The notes below the pieces were generated by a model. That model did no database searches. It saw nothing but the letters and a program-made list of their open reading frames with translations, and was not told the origin of the DNA. This document shows, one piece after another, positions 46,347-54,585 of a stretch of DNA of 64,000 nucleotides. The stretch's first letter is position 1. Every line of letters starts with the position of its first letter. Position numbers and translations under genes: made by a program. The stretch spans positions 316,594 to 380,593 of the forward strand of contig SCUL01000002.1 in assembly GCA_004297205.1 (NCBI GenBank), read 5' to 3'. Source of the stretch: Patescibacteria group bacterium (GTDB lineage: Bacteria; Patescibacteriota; Patescibacteriia; 2-12-FULL-57-11).

Positions 46347-47793
46347 CTTCCTTTCTTGAGGATTCTTCGGAAACGCTATCACGCGGGGCCGGGGCGGTCA
46401 ACGGCGCGAGCGGCGCGGTCACCAGTTTCTTGGCGATTTCGCCGGTCACCTTGTTGGCATCCACCATTTCCTGGATGCCGGCCTCCATGTCCCGGATGAT
46501 GATGGTGCCGTCCAAGACCTCCTTCTGGCCGATCAGGAGGGTGTACTTGACCCCCATCCGATTGGCCACTTCCATCTGCGCCTTGAGCGCGTCCTTGGAG
46601 AACGCCACGGCGGCCGGAATGCCCGCCCGGCGCAGATCGTCGAAAATCTTGAAGGCCTTGCGCTTGGCCGGCTCCCCGAGCTGGGCCAGGAAGACGACCG
46701 GTTTGGACTCGTCGAGCGGGATGATCTGGCGCTCCTTCATCTCCAGGATGGTGCGCTCCAGCCCGATGGCAAAACCCGCGCCCGGGGTGGGACGCCCGCC
46801 CAAGAGCTCGATCAGACCGTCATAGCGCCCGCCGGCGGCCGCGGCGCTCTTTGACCCGCCCTCGCGGGCCGGGAAGACCGCCTCAAAGACCGTATGAGAG
46901 TAGTAGTCCAGTCCGCGGACCAGATACGGGTTCAGTTCGAACGGCACTTCCGCGTCCTCCAGATATTCGAGGACCTTCATGAAGTGGTTCTTGCTGTCCT
47001 CGGACAACACGTCGACGATCTGCGGCGCCCCCTGCTTCAGGGGTTCGCAGCCCGGTTCCTTGCAGTCCAGAACGCGCAGCGGGTTCTTGCTCAGGCGCAC
47101 TTTGCAGTTTTCGCACAACACGTTGCGGTGCTGGCGGTAGTAGGCCACGAGCTTCTCGCGGTACTGCTCGCGGTCGGCGGCCGTGCCGATGGAGTTCACT
47201 TCGACCTTCACCTGCAGGCCGAGGTCGAGGAAGAAACGATGGACGCAGATGATGAGCTCGGCGTCGACGACCGGTTTCTGTTCGCCGATCGTTTCGAATC
47301 CGAACTGGTGGAACTGGCGGTAGCGACCGGCCTGCGGCCGCTCGTGGCGGAACATCGGGCCGTGATAGAACAGCTTCACCGGCTGCGGCATGTTGAGCAT
47401 GCCGTGGTTGATGTAGGCGCGGGCGATGGCCGCCGTGGCTTCCGGACGCAGGGCCAACTCGTCGCCGCCCTGGTCGACGAAGGTGAACATCTCCTTCTCC
47501 ACGATGTCGGTCTGCTTGCCGACGCCGCGCACGAAGAGCGCCGTCTCCTCGACGATCGGGGTTTCGATCCATTCAAAGCCGTAGGCCGCGGCCAGCCGTT
47601 CGCCGGCGGTGCGCACGGCGCGCCAGTATTTTGCCTCGGACGGTAAAATGTCTTTCATGCCGCGCGGCGTCTGCGGGGTCGCCACGGTGCGTTTTTTGAC
47701 CGGCGCGGCGGCCGCAGCGGCAGGGGCCGTCGCGGCTTTGACGGCTTTGACGGGCTTCGATGCCGGTTTCTTCATGGGTTTCTTGCCGCTCAT
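46330..47793 (-). CDS. hisS: Histidine--tRNA ligase
   Basis: PRGMKD, LRPEATA, RHERPQAGRYRQFHQ, LVRGLDYY and GGRYDGL motifs. Confidence 0.98.
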   Translation of the reverse strand: MSGKKPMKKPASKPVKAVKAATAPAAAAAAPVKKRTVATPQTPRGMKDILPSEAKYWRAVRTAGERLAAAYGFEWIETPIVEETALFVRGVGKQTDIVEKEMFTFVDQGGDELALRPEATAAIARAYINHGMLNMPQPVKLFYHGPMFRHERPQAGRYRQFHQFGFETIGEQKPVVDAELIICVHRFFLDLGLQVKVEVNSIGTAADREQYREKLVAYYRQHRNVLCENCKVRLSKNPLRVLDCKEPGCEPLKQGAPQIVDVLSEDSKNHFMKVLEYLEDAEVPFELNPYLVRGLDYYSHTVFEAVFPAREGGSKSAAAAGGRYDGLIELLGGRPTPGAGFAIGLERTILEMKERQIIPLDESKPVVFLAQLGEPAKRKAFKIFDDLRRAGIPAAVAFSKDALKAQMEVANRMGVKYTLLIGQKEVLDGTIIIRDMEAGIQEMVDANKVTGEIAKKLVTAPLAPLTAPAPRDSVSEESSRKEGDSSG

Positions 47794-47801
47794 AGCGGGA
47801 A

Positions 47802-48395
47802 CTATTCGGAGTAAGACGGCGTCTCAAAACTGGTGATCTTGTCGATGGGGAGCCCGCGCAGCCAGACACGGCCGGTGATCTGGTTCTTGTGTACCGGACC
47901 GAAGCTGCGCGAGTCGAGCGAGGACGGACGGTTGTCGCCCATCACGAAATATTCTTCGGCGCCGAGCGTGACGCGCTTGTCGCCCGGGGTGGGCACGGTG
48001 CCGAGGTAGGCGTACTCATCCAGGAGCTGCGGTTCGCTGTCACCGGCCATCTGCACGAACACCTGCCCGCCTTTGACGACGACCGTCTCCCCCGGCAGGC
48101 CGATGACGCGCTTGATGAAGAACTGCCGCGGGTCGTTGGGGTAGCGGAAAACGACGATCTCGCCGCGCTCCGGTTCCCGCAGGCGGTAGGAGAGCTCGTC
48201 GATGATCAGGTACTCGTGGTCGTAGAAGTTCGGCTCCATCGAGGCCCCGCGCACCGAGAACGGCTGGATCAAGAAGTAGCGAACCAAAAAGACGATCGCC
48301 CCGGCAATGATGACCACGCGGGCGATCTCAGCGACGTACCCGAAGAAAACGGCCGCTCCGGTCTTCGCGACCGGAAGCTGCGGAGTGTCGGACAT
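47802..48395 (-). CDS. lepB: Signal peptidase I
   Basis: GASMEPN, FIKRVIGLPGE and MGDNRPSSLDSR motifs. Confidence 0.96.
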   Translation of the reverse strand: MSDTPQLPVAKTGAAVFFGYVAEIARVVIIAGAIVFLVRYFLIQPFSVRGASMEPNFYDHEYLIIDELSYRLREPERGEIVVFRYPNDPRQFFIKRVIGLPGETVVVKGGQVFVQMAGDSEPQLLDEYAYLGTVPTPGDKRVTLGAEEYFVMGDNRPSSLDSRSFGPVHKNQITGRVWLRGLPIDKITSFETPSYSE

Positions 48396-48426
48396 GGGCC
48401 TATATTGCTCTAAAAAATGAGCTTTG

Positions 48427-49426
48427 TCAAACGCCCCTCTCGATCACCTTTTTCGAGAGATTCCAGGCATTGGCGTGCTGGAGCATCCCCAGATACGACT
48501 CCGTCCGGGCATAACTACCCGGATCCACAGTCCGCAGTTTCTTGAACATCCTCCGCCGTGTTTTTGTTCGCAAGACACGGTGATGCGGCAACGTGACATA
48601 CCCGAGAAAGTCGATGCCTTGCCCAAGCTTCCGCAGGATGACTTTTCGCGGATGGAGTTCCAATCGGAGCTGATTCCGAAGAAAAGCGCGCATCGGCGGC
48701 AGAAGTGAAACAAGCTCCACCGGATCGTCATGCAGCAGGATGAAATCGTCGGTGTAGCGGAGATAGCGCTTCACGCCCAGCCGTTCTTTCACGAAATGGT
48801 CGAAGGAATCGAGATAGACGTTCGCAAAAAGTTGCGATGTGAGATTGCCGATCGGGACGCCAATTAGCTCTCTCTCTCTCTCCGTTATTATCAACAGGAG
48901 GATAGCTTTCGATGGTCCGACGCAGGAGCTCCAACGTTTGCGGATCGCTGACCCGACGACCGAGCAGTCGGAGCAGCACGTCGTGGGAGATGCTGTCGAA
49001 ATACTTGCGAATGTCGCACTTGAGCGCCCAGCACGGACCGGTGAAGTTGCCGCTCACGCTGCGGGCGAACGTCTCGATCCTCCGAACGGCGGCGTGCGTC
49101 CCCTTTCCGATCCGGCAAGAGTAGGAATCGAAGATGAACGACTGTTCGCACAGAGGCGCAACGACGCGGGAAACGGCATGGTGGACGACGCGGTCGCGGA
49201 CCGTCGCCTTATGGATAATGCGATGTTTTGGGTCGAAGATGTGGAACTTCTTGTACGGACCGTGACGATATCGGGCGGACGCAAGATCTTCGGCGAGTGC
49301 AAAAAGATTGTCCTCAAGATGACGTTCGAACCGCTGCACGTCCGGCTTGGCGCGCTTGCCGCGCCGAAACTCGCGCCAGGCGCAAAAAAGATTTTCCGGA
49401 GAAACGATCTGTTCGAATATGCTCAT
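48427..49426 (-). pseudogene. DGR reverse transcriptase, out of frame at a (GA)7 tract (possibly phase-variable)
   Basis: 5' ORF 48728..49426 has DPKHRII, RDRVVHHA, DSYSCRIGKGTH and LKCDIRKYFDSISH. 3' ORF 48427..48894 has GVPIGNLTSQLFANVYL, YLRYTDDF and IDFLGY. The frames join at the repeat 48868-48882. Confidence 0.92.
48868..48882 (-). repeat. (GA)7G dinucleotide microsatellite within the RT gene
   Basis: Plus strand CTCTCTCTCTCTCTC. Confidence 0.97.
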
Positions 49427-49760
49427 ACATGAATCCTCCGTCTTCCAGGCGACTTACGACGTGCTCAAGGACCTGCACGTCGCGCGGCGGTCGTTCGCCA
49501 AGTCGGAAAAGTACGCGCTGGGTGAACGAATGGAGGAGACGCTGCTGAACGTTCTGCTCGGCATCATCGACGCGGGACAGGCCAAACAGGAGTGGAAACT
49601 GACGGGCATCGACGCAGCGCTTCGGGAGTTGGAAAAAACGAAGATACTCCTTCGCCTGGCCAGCGACCTCGGACAGATCCAGGAACGACGGCTGATTTCG
49701 TATCAAGAATCGCTCCAGAAAATCGGACGGATGCTCGGCGGCTGGCGCAGGGCGATATAG
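49419..49760 (+). CDS. avd: DGR accessory variability determinant (Avd, four-helix bundle)
   Basis: 113 aa; FAKSEKYALGERM, LLRLASDL and IGRMLGGW motifs; lies between RT and TR. Confidence 0.9.
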   Translation: MLIHESSVFQATYDVLKDLHVARRSFAKSEKYALGERMEETLLNVLLGIIDAGQAKQEWKLTGIDAALRELEKTKILLRLASDLGQIQERRLISYQESLQKIGRMLGGWRRAI

Positions 49761-49798
49761 CAACGCTCCGATTGCGCGGAGCATTGCAGGCGAGACAG

Positions 49799-49920
49799 TC
49801 CCGCGGAACCGGACCCGTAGTTGTCGTTCGGCTTGTCGTCCCAGTTCCAGTTGAGCTTCGGCCTCCTGTTCCAGTTGCCGAGGTTGGTCACGTTCCGGGC
49901 GTCGTCGGCGTGGACGGAGC
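49799..49920 (-). repeat. DGR template repeat (TR)
   Basis: 122-bp ungapped match to 50239-50360; rich in AAC codons; every difference is at a TR adenine. Confidence 0.96.
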
Positions 49921-50152
49921 GAAATATTGCCGGACCCCATCCGATGCACTGCGCCTTCCGTTCATGCGGTCGGCGCTGTATTTCATGCCGGGGCATGTCC
50001 CCGTCAGGATCCGGCAAGGAGTGTCTCGTTGGAATCGCACGCTTCCGCCGCGATGCGACGGAACTCTGGCGATGACTCTTTCGAGGATTTCGGGGACGGC
50101 AAGAAATACTCCGACCGTACATGACCCTACTCTCCACGGTAGTATAAAAAAC

Positions 50153-50178
50153 GCGCCGGAATGTTTCCATTCCGGCGC
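50153..50178 (-). promoter_or_regulatory. Hairpin downstream of VR (DGR target-recognition hairpin and/or terminator)
   Basis: Minus strand GCGCCGGAATG-GAAA-CATTCCGGCGC followed by GTTTTTT. Confidence 0.8.
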
Positions 50179-50211
50179 CGGCCGAAGCCGAGGGCTGATC
50201 GCCGAGAAGCG

Positions 50212-50982
50212 TCAAGACCCGAGGGTCGAGCGCTCCACTCCCGCGGAACCGGACCCGCAGTAGTCGTACGGCTTGCCGACCCAGCGCCAGAGGAGCTCCG
50301 GCCCCCCGTGCCAGACGCCGAGGCCGGCCACGCTCCGGGCGCCGCCGGCGTGGACGGAGCCGACCAGGTCAACGTAGTGACCGCTGATGACCTTCGGGAC
50401 GTGGACGTAGAGGGCGACGCCCTCGATCGCGGTCAGCCCACGCTCGTCCTCGGGGAAGGCATCGCGGCAGGCAAACGGCGCCTTGCCGCGGTTGCGGCGA
50501 CCATCCTGGCAGTTCAGCCAGTAGACCGCCGGACGCGTCGGGATCGACTCGTGATCCACAAAGGTCGCGTCCGAGCCATCGAACTTCAGCCCCGCGAGCG
50601 CGCAGCACTTCGTGAGCGGCAGGCGCTGGTCGACCAGGATCACCCGGTCGAAGCGCTCCTTCCAGGCCTCGGGCCAGACCGGGAGCTCCGGGATGGTCGC
50701 GAGGTAGGCCTCGAACGAGTCGATGCCAAGCTCACGTCCCCAGCCCTTGTCCCAGAACGCCTTGGCCCGCGTCGCACGCAGGTCGGTGGGGTCGATCACG
50801 ACCTCCGACACATCCGGCGCGGGCGCATCGCGGTAGGGGCCGCCGCCCGAGGGCAGCCGCATCCGGACCACGCTCGGGTCCTTGAGGAACGCGGCGAGAT
50901 CCTTGGCGAACTGCTTGGGATCATCGCCCCGCTGAAGCCGGACCGTGACTTCCTCGATCAGAGACACCTGCTTGCTGCTCAT
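50212..50982 (-). CDS. DGR target protein (DUF5701-like, probable CLec-type fold) with C-terminal VR
   Basis: ATG 50982 after GGAGGG; GLTAIEGVAL..H.P, GS...V..L....GGPEL.W.W and GSGSAG motifs; VR occupies the last part of the ORF. Confidence 0.85.
   Translation of the reverse strand: MSSKQVSLIEEVTVRLQRGDDPKQFAKDLAAFLKDPSVVRMRLPSGGGPYRDAPAPDVSEVVIDPTDLRATRAKAFWDKGWGRELGIDSFEAYLATIPELPVWPEAWKERFDRVILVDQRLPLTKCCALAGLKFDGSDATFVDHESIPTRPAVYWLNCQDGRRNRGKAPFACRDAFPEDERGLTAIEGVALYVHVPKVISGHYVDLVGSVHAGGARSVAGLGVWHGGPELLWRWVGKPYDYCGSGSAGVERSTLGS
50239..50360 (-). repeat. DGR variable repeat (VR)
   Basis: 21 substitutions relative to TR: 13 A>G, 5 A>T, 3 A>C on the coding strand. Confidence 0.96.
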
Positions 50983-51112
50983 GACACCCTCCGAATGGAT
51001 CAGGCATCGGACAGTCCCGATTGGACCGTACCGAAAGCTGTTTTTCCCGTTCAAAGGCCATTCCCGTCACCGGACGGGCACGCTGCGTTCGGTCCATACC
51101 AAACGACCCGGC

Positions 51113-51141
51113 ATACTAGCCGGATTCCCAAGAAAGGTCAA
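51113..51141 (-). promoter_or_regulatory. Sigma70-type promoter for the DGR target gene
   Basis: Minus strand TTGACC-17 nt-TAGTAT. Confidence 0.55.
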
Positions 51142-51494
51142 GTCAGCCCGGTCTTCTGTTCCAGACGCTCGAAACGGGCATTGGCGAAGACCCGCTCCTG
51201 ATCCAACCGCAGCAGAATGACCATCACCTGGTCGTGGTGGCTGAGCATCTCTTGACGCAAAAGCTTCACTTCGTCTTTCGTGGCCAATGTTTCAATCTTT
51301 TTGTTGTGCTCGAGAACGAGGTTCAACAAACCATCGAAACGCTTAGCGTTTTCATCAAACCGCCGGTCGATGCTGTCAAACTTAAGGTCGTGCGCATCAA
51401 AGCGCCGATCATGTTCCTCGAGTTTTTTCCCGATGCGGGCAAACTCAAGGTCGTGCGATTCCAGTTTTTTGAGGATGCGGCCCCCCTGGTCCAT
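51138..51494 (-). CDS. Small coiled-coil heptad-repeat protein
   Basis: HDRRFDA/HDLKFDS/IDRRFDE heptads; LATKDEV; RLDQER. Confidence 0.75.
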   Translation of the reverse strand: MDQGGRILKKLESHDLEFARIGKKLEEHDRRFDAHDLKFDSIDRRFDENAKRFDGLLNLVLEHNKKIETLATKDEVKLLRQEMLSHHDQVMVILLRLDQERVFANARFERLEQKTGLT

Positions 51495-51583
51495 ATCGAC
51501 CACATCGTACCAACCCATCCCGGGAAACCCAACGCGCGACACTTGTCAAGACCCCTTCCTCGTGCTACATTTTCCGCGGTTTC

Positions 51584-51660
51584 GGACGTTTAGCTCAGCT
51601 GGTTAGAGCGCACCGTTCACATCGGTGAGGTCGCTGGTTCGATCCCAGCAACGTCCACCA
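51584..51660 (+). tRNA. tRNA-Val (CAC)
   Basis: GGACGTT/AACGTCC acceptor; CACCG-TTCACAT-CGGTG anticodon arm; encoded CCA. Confidence 0.97.
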
Positions 51661-51759
51661 GCGCAAGCCGCCGAGGAGACTCGGCGGTTTACGCTTCATG
51701 GACGCCCGCGCCGCAAAGACATCGATGGGAGAATTCGATATACTGCAGTGGATTCACGT

Positions 51760-53223
51760 ATGGACGCAGCGCCGAAAGTGAACCTCCTCGAACCGTTCGT
51801 CACCGACCCGCGCCGCGCCGGCCGCCGGCGGCTCTTGCGCAACGTCTTCATCGCCTTCTTCGTCTCCGCCGCGCTCACCCTGACCGCGGCCTCGGGCGTC
51901 GGCGCGCCGACCGAGACGATGGCCGAGTTCGACCTGCCCGGCCCGCTCCAGCTGCTCTCGCGCGTCGGCCGGCTCGTAGCCAGCGCCGAGCGGCCGCTCC
52001 AGGGAGAACAGGATGACCGCGTCAACATCCTCTTGCTCGGCATGGGCGGCTGGGGACACGACGGTCCGCTCCTGACCGACACCATGATCGTGCTTTCGGT
52101 GAAGCCCTCGACCGGCCAGGCGGCGTTGATCTCCGTGCCGCGCGACCTGCTCGTGGAAATCCCCGGGTACGGCTGGCGCAAGGTCAACCACGCCCACGCC
52201 CTGCCTGAAAACGAAAAGGCCGGCACGGGATCGGCCGTGGCCGCCGAGACGATCGGGAAGACCTTGGGCATGAAGATCGCCTATTACGTCCGCGTCGACT
52301 TCCGCGGCTTCGTGAAGCTGATCGACCAGCTGGGCGGACTGACCGTGACCGTCGACCGTTCCTTCACGGACGCCCAATACCCCGCGGGCAATGACGAAGT
52401 GCAGACCGTGTCCTTCGCCAAAGGCACGCAGAAGATGAACGGTGAAACGGCGCTGATCTACGCCCGCAGCCGCCACGGCGGCAACGGCGAGGGTTCAGAC
52501 TTCGCCCGCAGCGCCCGGCAGCAAAAGATCCTGCTGGCGCTCAAGGATCAGGTGCTGTCCGCCGACACCCTGTCCAACCCCAAAAAAGTCGCCGCCATCT
52601 TCGACGTCGCGCGCAGCTACGTGCAGACCAACGTCCAGGCCTGGGAACTGCTGCGGTTGGCCGACGTGGCCCAAAAGGTGAACCCCGGCGAGCTGACCCA
52701 CCTGGTCATCGACGACCGGGCGGGCGGACTCCTCGTCCCGGCCAACGTCGAAGGCTCCTACGTCCTCGTCCCGCGCGGCAACGACTACAAAATCCTGGCC
52801 GCCGCCGTCAACGACATCTTCGCCGCGCAGGATGCGGCCGGCGACGCCGCGCCCAAAACCAACGGCCTGGCCGTGGCCGAGCCGATCCGGATCGACCTGC
52901 AGAACGGCACCAAGGTCGCAGGGCTGGCCGCCCGGGCATCCAACCTGCTCGTGGAGCGCGGCTATGCCGTGGCCGCGGTCGGCAACGCCGCCAAACAGAA
53001 TTACGAACGCACCGTCATCTACGACCTGTCCGGCGGCCGCTACCCTGAAGCGCTCACCGCCCTCAAACAAAGCCTCAACGCCGAAGTCTCGGTCACGCTC
53101 CCCGGCTGGATCGCCTCCGCGGACGTCCCCTCCGGCATCACGCTCTCCGCGCCCGCCACGCACGGCACGAACGTCGACTTTCTCATCATTCTCGGCACCA
53201 GCTCTGTCGCAACCCTCCCTTAA
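51760..53223 (+). CDS. LCP (LytR-CpsA-Psr) family protein with LytR C-terminal domain
   Basis: NILLLG, LTDTMIV, SVPRDL, ALIYARSR, SDFARSARQQ and LQNGTKVAGLA motifs. Confidence 0.93.
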   Translation: MDAAPKVNLLEPFVTDPRRAGRRRLLRNVFIAFFVSAALTLTAASGVGAPTETMAEFDLPGPLQLLSRVGRLVASAERPLQGEQDDRVNILLLGMGGWGHDGPLLTDTMIVLSVKPSTGQAALISVPRDLLVEIPGYGWRKVNHAHALPENEKAGTGSAVAAETIGKTLGMKIAYYVRVDFRGFVKLIDQLGGLTVTVDRSFTDAQYPAGNDEVQTVSFAKGTQKMNGETALIYARSRHGGNGEGSDFARSARQQKILLALKDQVLSADTLSNPKKVAAIFDVARSYVQTNVQAWELLRLADVAQKVNPGELTHLVIDDRAGGLLVPANVEGSYVLVPRGNDYKILAAAVNDIFAAQDAAGDAAPKTNGLAVAEPIRIDLQNGTKVAGLAARASNLLVERGYAVAAVGNAAKQNYERTVIYDLSGGRYPEALTALKQSLNAEVSVTLPGWIASADVPSGITLSAPATHGTNVDFLIILGTSSVATLP

Positions 53224-54583
53224 GAAAACCGGCCGCCGCCAACCCATCCGCCCGCCCGTCGTGGCGCTGGTCGGCCGCGCCAACGTCGGCAAATCGACCC
53301 TCTTCAACCGCATGATCGAAGAGGACCGCTCGATCGTCTCGCCGATCGCCGGCACGACGCGCGACCGCGCCTACGGCACCTGCCGCTGGGCCGGACGACT
53401 GCTCACCCTGGTCGACACCGGGGGCTTGGACGTACGCAGCGGCGGTGAAATGGAGCGCAACGTGGTCCGCCAGGCCGAGCGCGCCATGAAAGAGGCCGAC
53501 CTGATCGTCTTCGTGGTCGACGCCGAGACCGGCCCCTTGGCCGACGACCGGGCGCTTTCCAAAGAATTGTTCGCTTCCAAAAAACCGGTCATCCTCGTCG
53601 CCAACAAGGCGGACAACCCGCGCGACCGCCGCTTCCTGGCGCAGACGCGCTGGGGCACGCTCGCCCGCGGCAACCCGCTCCCAGTGTCCGGCACCAACGG
53701 CTCCGGTATCGGCGACCTCCTGGACAAGGCGCTCTTGGCGCTCGGCGAAAAGCCCGCCGAAACCTGGGCCGACCCGGTGAAGATCGCCATCGTCGGACGC
53801 CCCAACGTCGGCAAATCCACGCTCACGAACGCTTTGATCGGCGACGAGCGCATGATCGTCTCCCCCATCGCCGGGACGACGCGCGAACCGCAGGACACCA
53901 TGGTCGTCTACCGCGACCAACCGTTTTTGCTGATCGACACCGCCGGCATCCGCAAGCGGGCGCGTATCGAGCCGGGCATCGAAAAGCAGGGCGTGCGCAA
54001 ATCCCTGGCCGCCATCGAGCGGGCCGACGTGGTCTTCCTCGTGCTCGACCTGTCTGCCGGCGTCGGCGGACAGGACCATCACCTGGCCGGACTGATCGCC
54101 GAATCCGGCAAAGCCGTGGTCATCGTCGGCAACAAATGGGACCTGGTGACCGGAAAAACGGCCCAGCGCATCTTTGAGCTGGAAAAAGAGATCCGCGGGC
54201 ACGACCTGCGCGAATTGGACTACGCGCTCATCCGCATCATCTCGGCCGAGCGCAACGACAAGGTCGAGAACCTCTTCGACGACGCGGTCACGGCGCGCGA
54301 GCACTGGCGCCACCGCCTCCCGGAAAAGGCGCTCGACGGCTTCCTGCGCAAGATGATCGCCCATGAAAAGAAATTCGGCGGCGTGCGCCATCCCTACATC
54401 TATCGCATGGCCCAGCGCGGCGCGGAACCGCCGACGTTTACGCTAGCCATCAAAGCCAAGCGCAAGGAAAACATGGTGCCGGAGGCCTATCTGCGTTTCG
54501 TCGAGCGGCAGCTGCGCGAGAAATGGGATTTTTCCGGCACGCCGGTGCGTATCGTGGCCCGCGCCGTCGATTTGACTCCCTGA
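53204..54583 (+). CDS. der: Ribosome biogenesis GTPase Der (EngA); start codon uncertain
   Basis: Two G domains (GRANVGKST, GRPNVGKST, DTGG/DTAG, NKAD/NKWD) and C-terminal FSGTPVRI. Confidence 0.95.
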   Translation: MSQPSLKKTGRRQPIRPPVVALVGRANVGKSTLFNRMIEEDRSIVSPIAGTTRDRAYGTCRWAGRLLTLVDTGGLDVRSGGEMERNVVRQAERAMKEADLIVFVVDAETGPLADDRALSKELFASKKPVILVANKADNPRDRRFLAQTRWGTLARGNPLPVSGTNGSGIGDLLDKALLALGEKPAETWADPVKIAIVGRPNVGKSTLTNALIGDERMIVSPIAGTTREPQDTMVVYRDQPFLLIDTAGIRKRARIEPGIEKQGVRKSLAAIERADVVFLVLDLSAGVGGQDHHLAGLIAESGKAVVIVGNKWDLVTGKTAQRIFELEKEIRGHDLRELDYALIRIISAERNDKVENLFDDAVTAREHWRHRLPEKALDGFLRKMIAHEKKFGGVRHPYIYRMAQRGAEPPTFTLAIKAKRKENMVPEAYLRFVERQLREKWDFSGTPVRIVARAVDLTP

Positions 54584-54585
54584 CC

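Noticed and set aside
48427-49426. RT as a group II intron, retron or CRISPR-associated RT
   Set aside because: Short length, the GNLTSQ motif, adjacent avd and an adenine-specific TR/VR pair identify it as a DGR RT; no maturase domain or cas genes are seen.
49801-49806. CCGCGG (Eco29kI-type site) at the 3' end of both TR and VR
   Set aside because: The hexamer is common in this GC-rich window, so no functional link to the R-M system can be supported.
49703-50215. 170-aa minus-strand ORF spanning the TR
   Set aside because: TRs are often open in the target's frame. The rest has no protein-like features and overlaps the hairpin and avd, so it is treated as non-coding DGR RNA.
48400-51660. 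DGR region as a prophage or tRNA-Val-integrated island
   Set aside because: No phage genes or integrase. The DGR lies upstream of the tRNA 5' end and I found no duplicated tRNA-Val segment.
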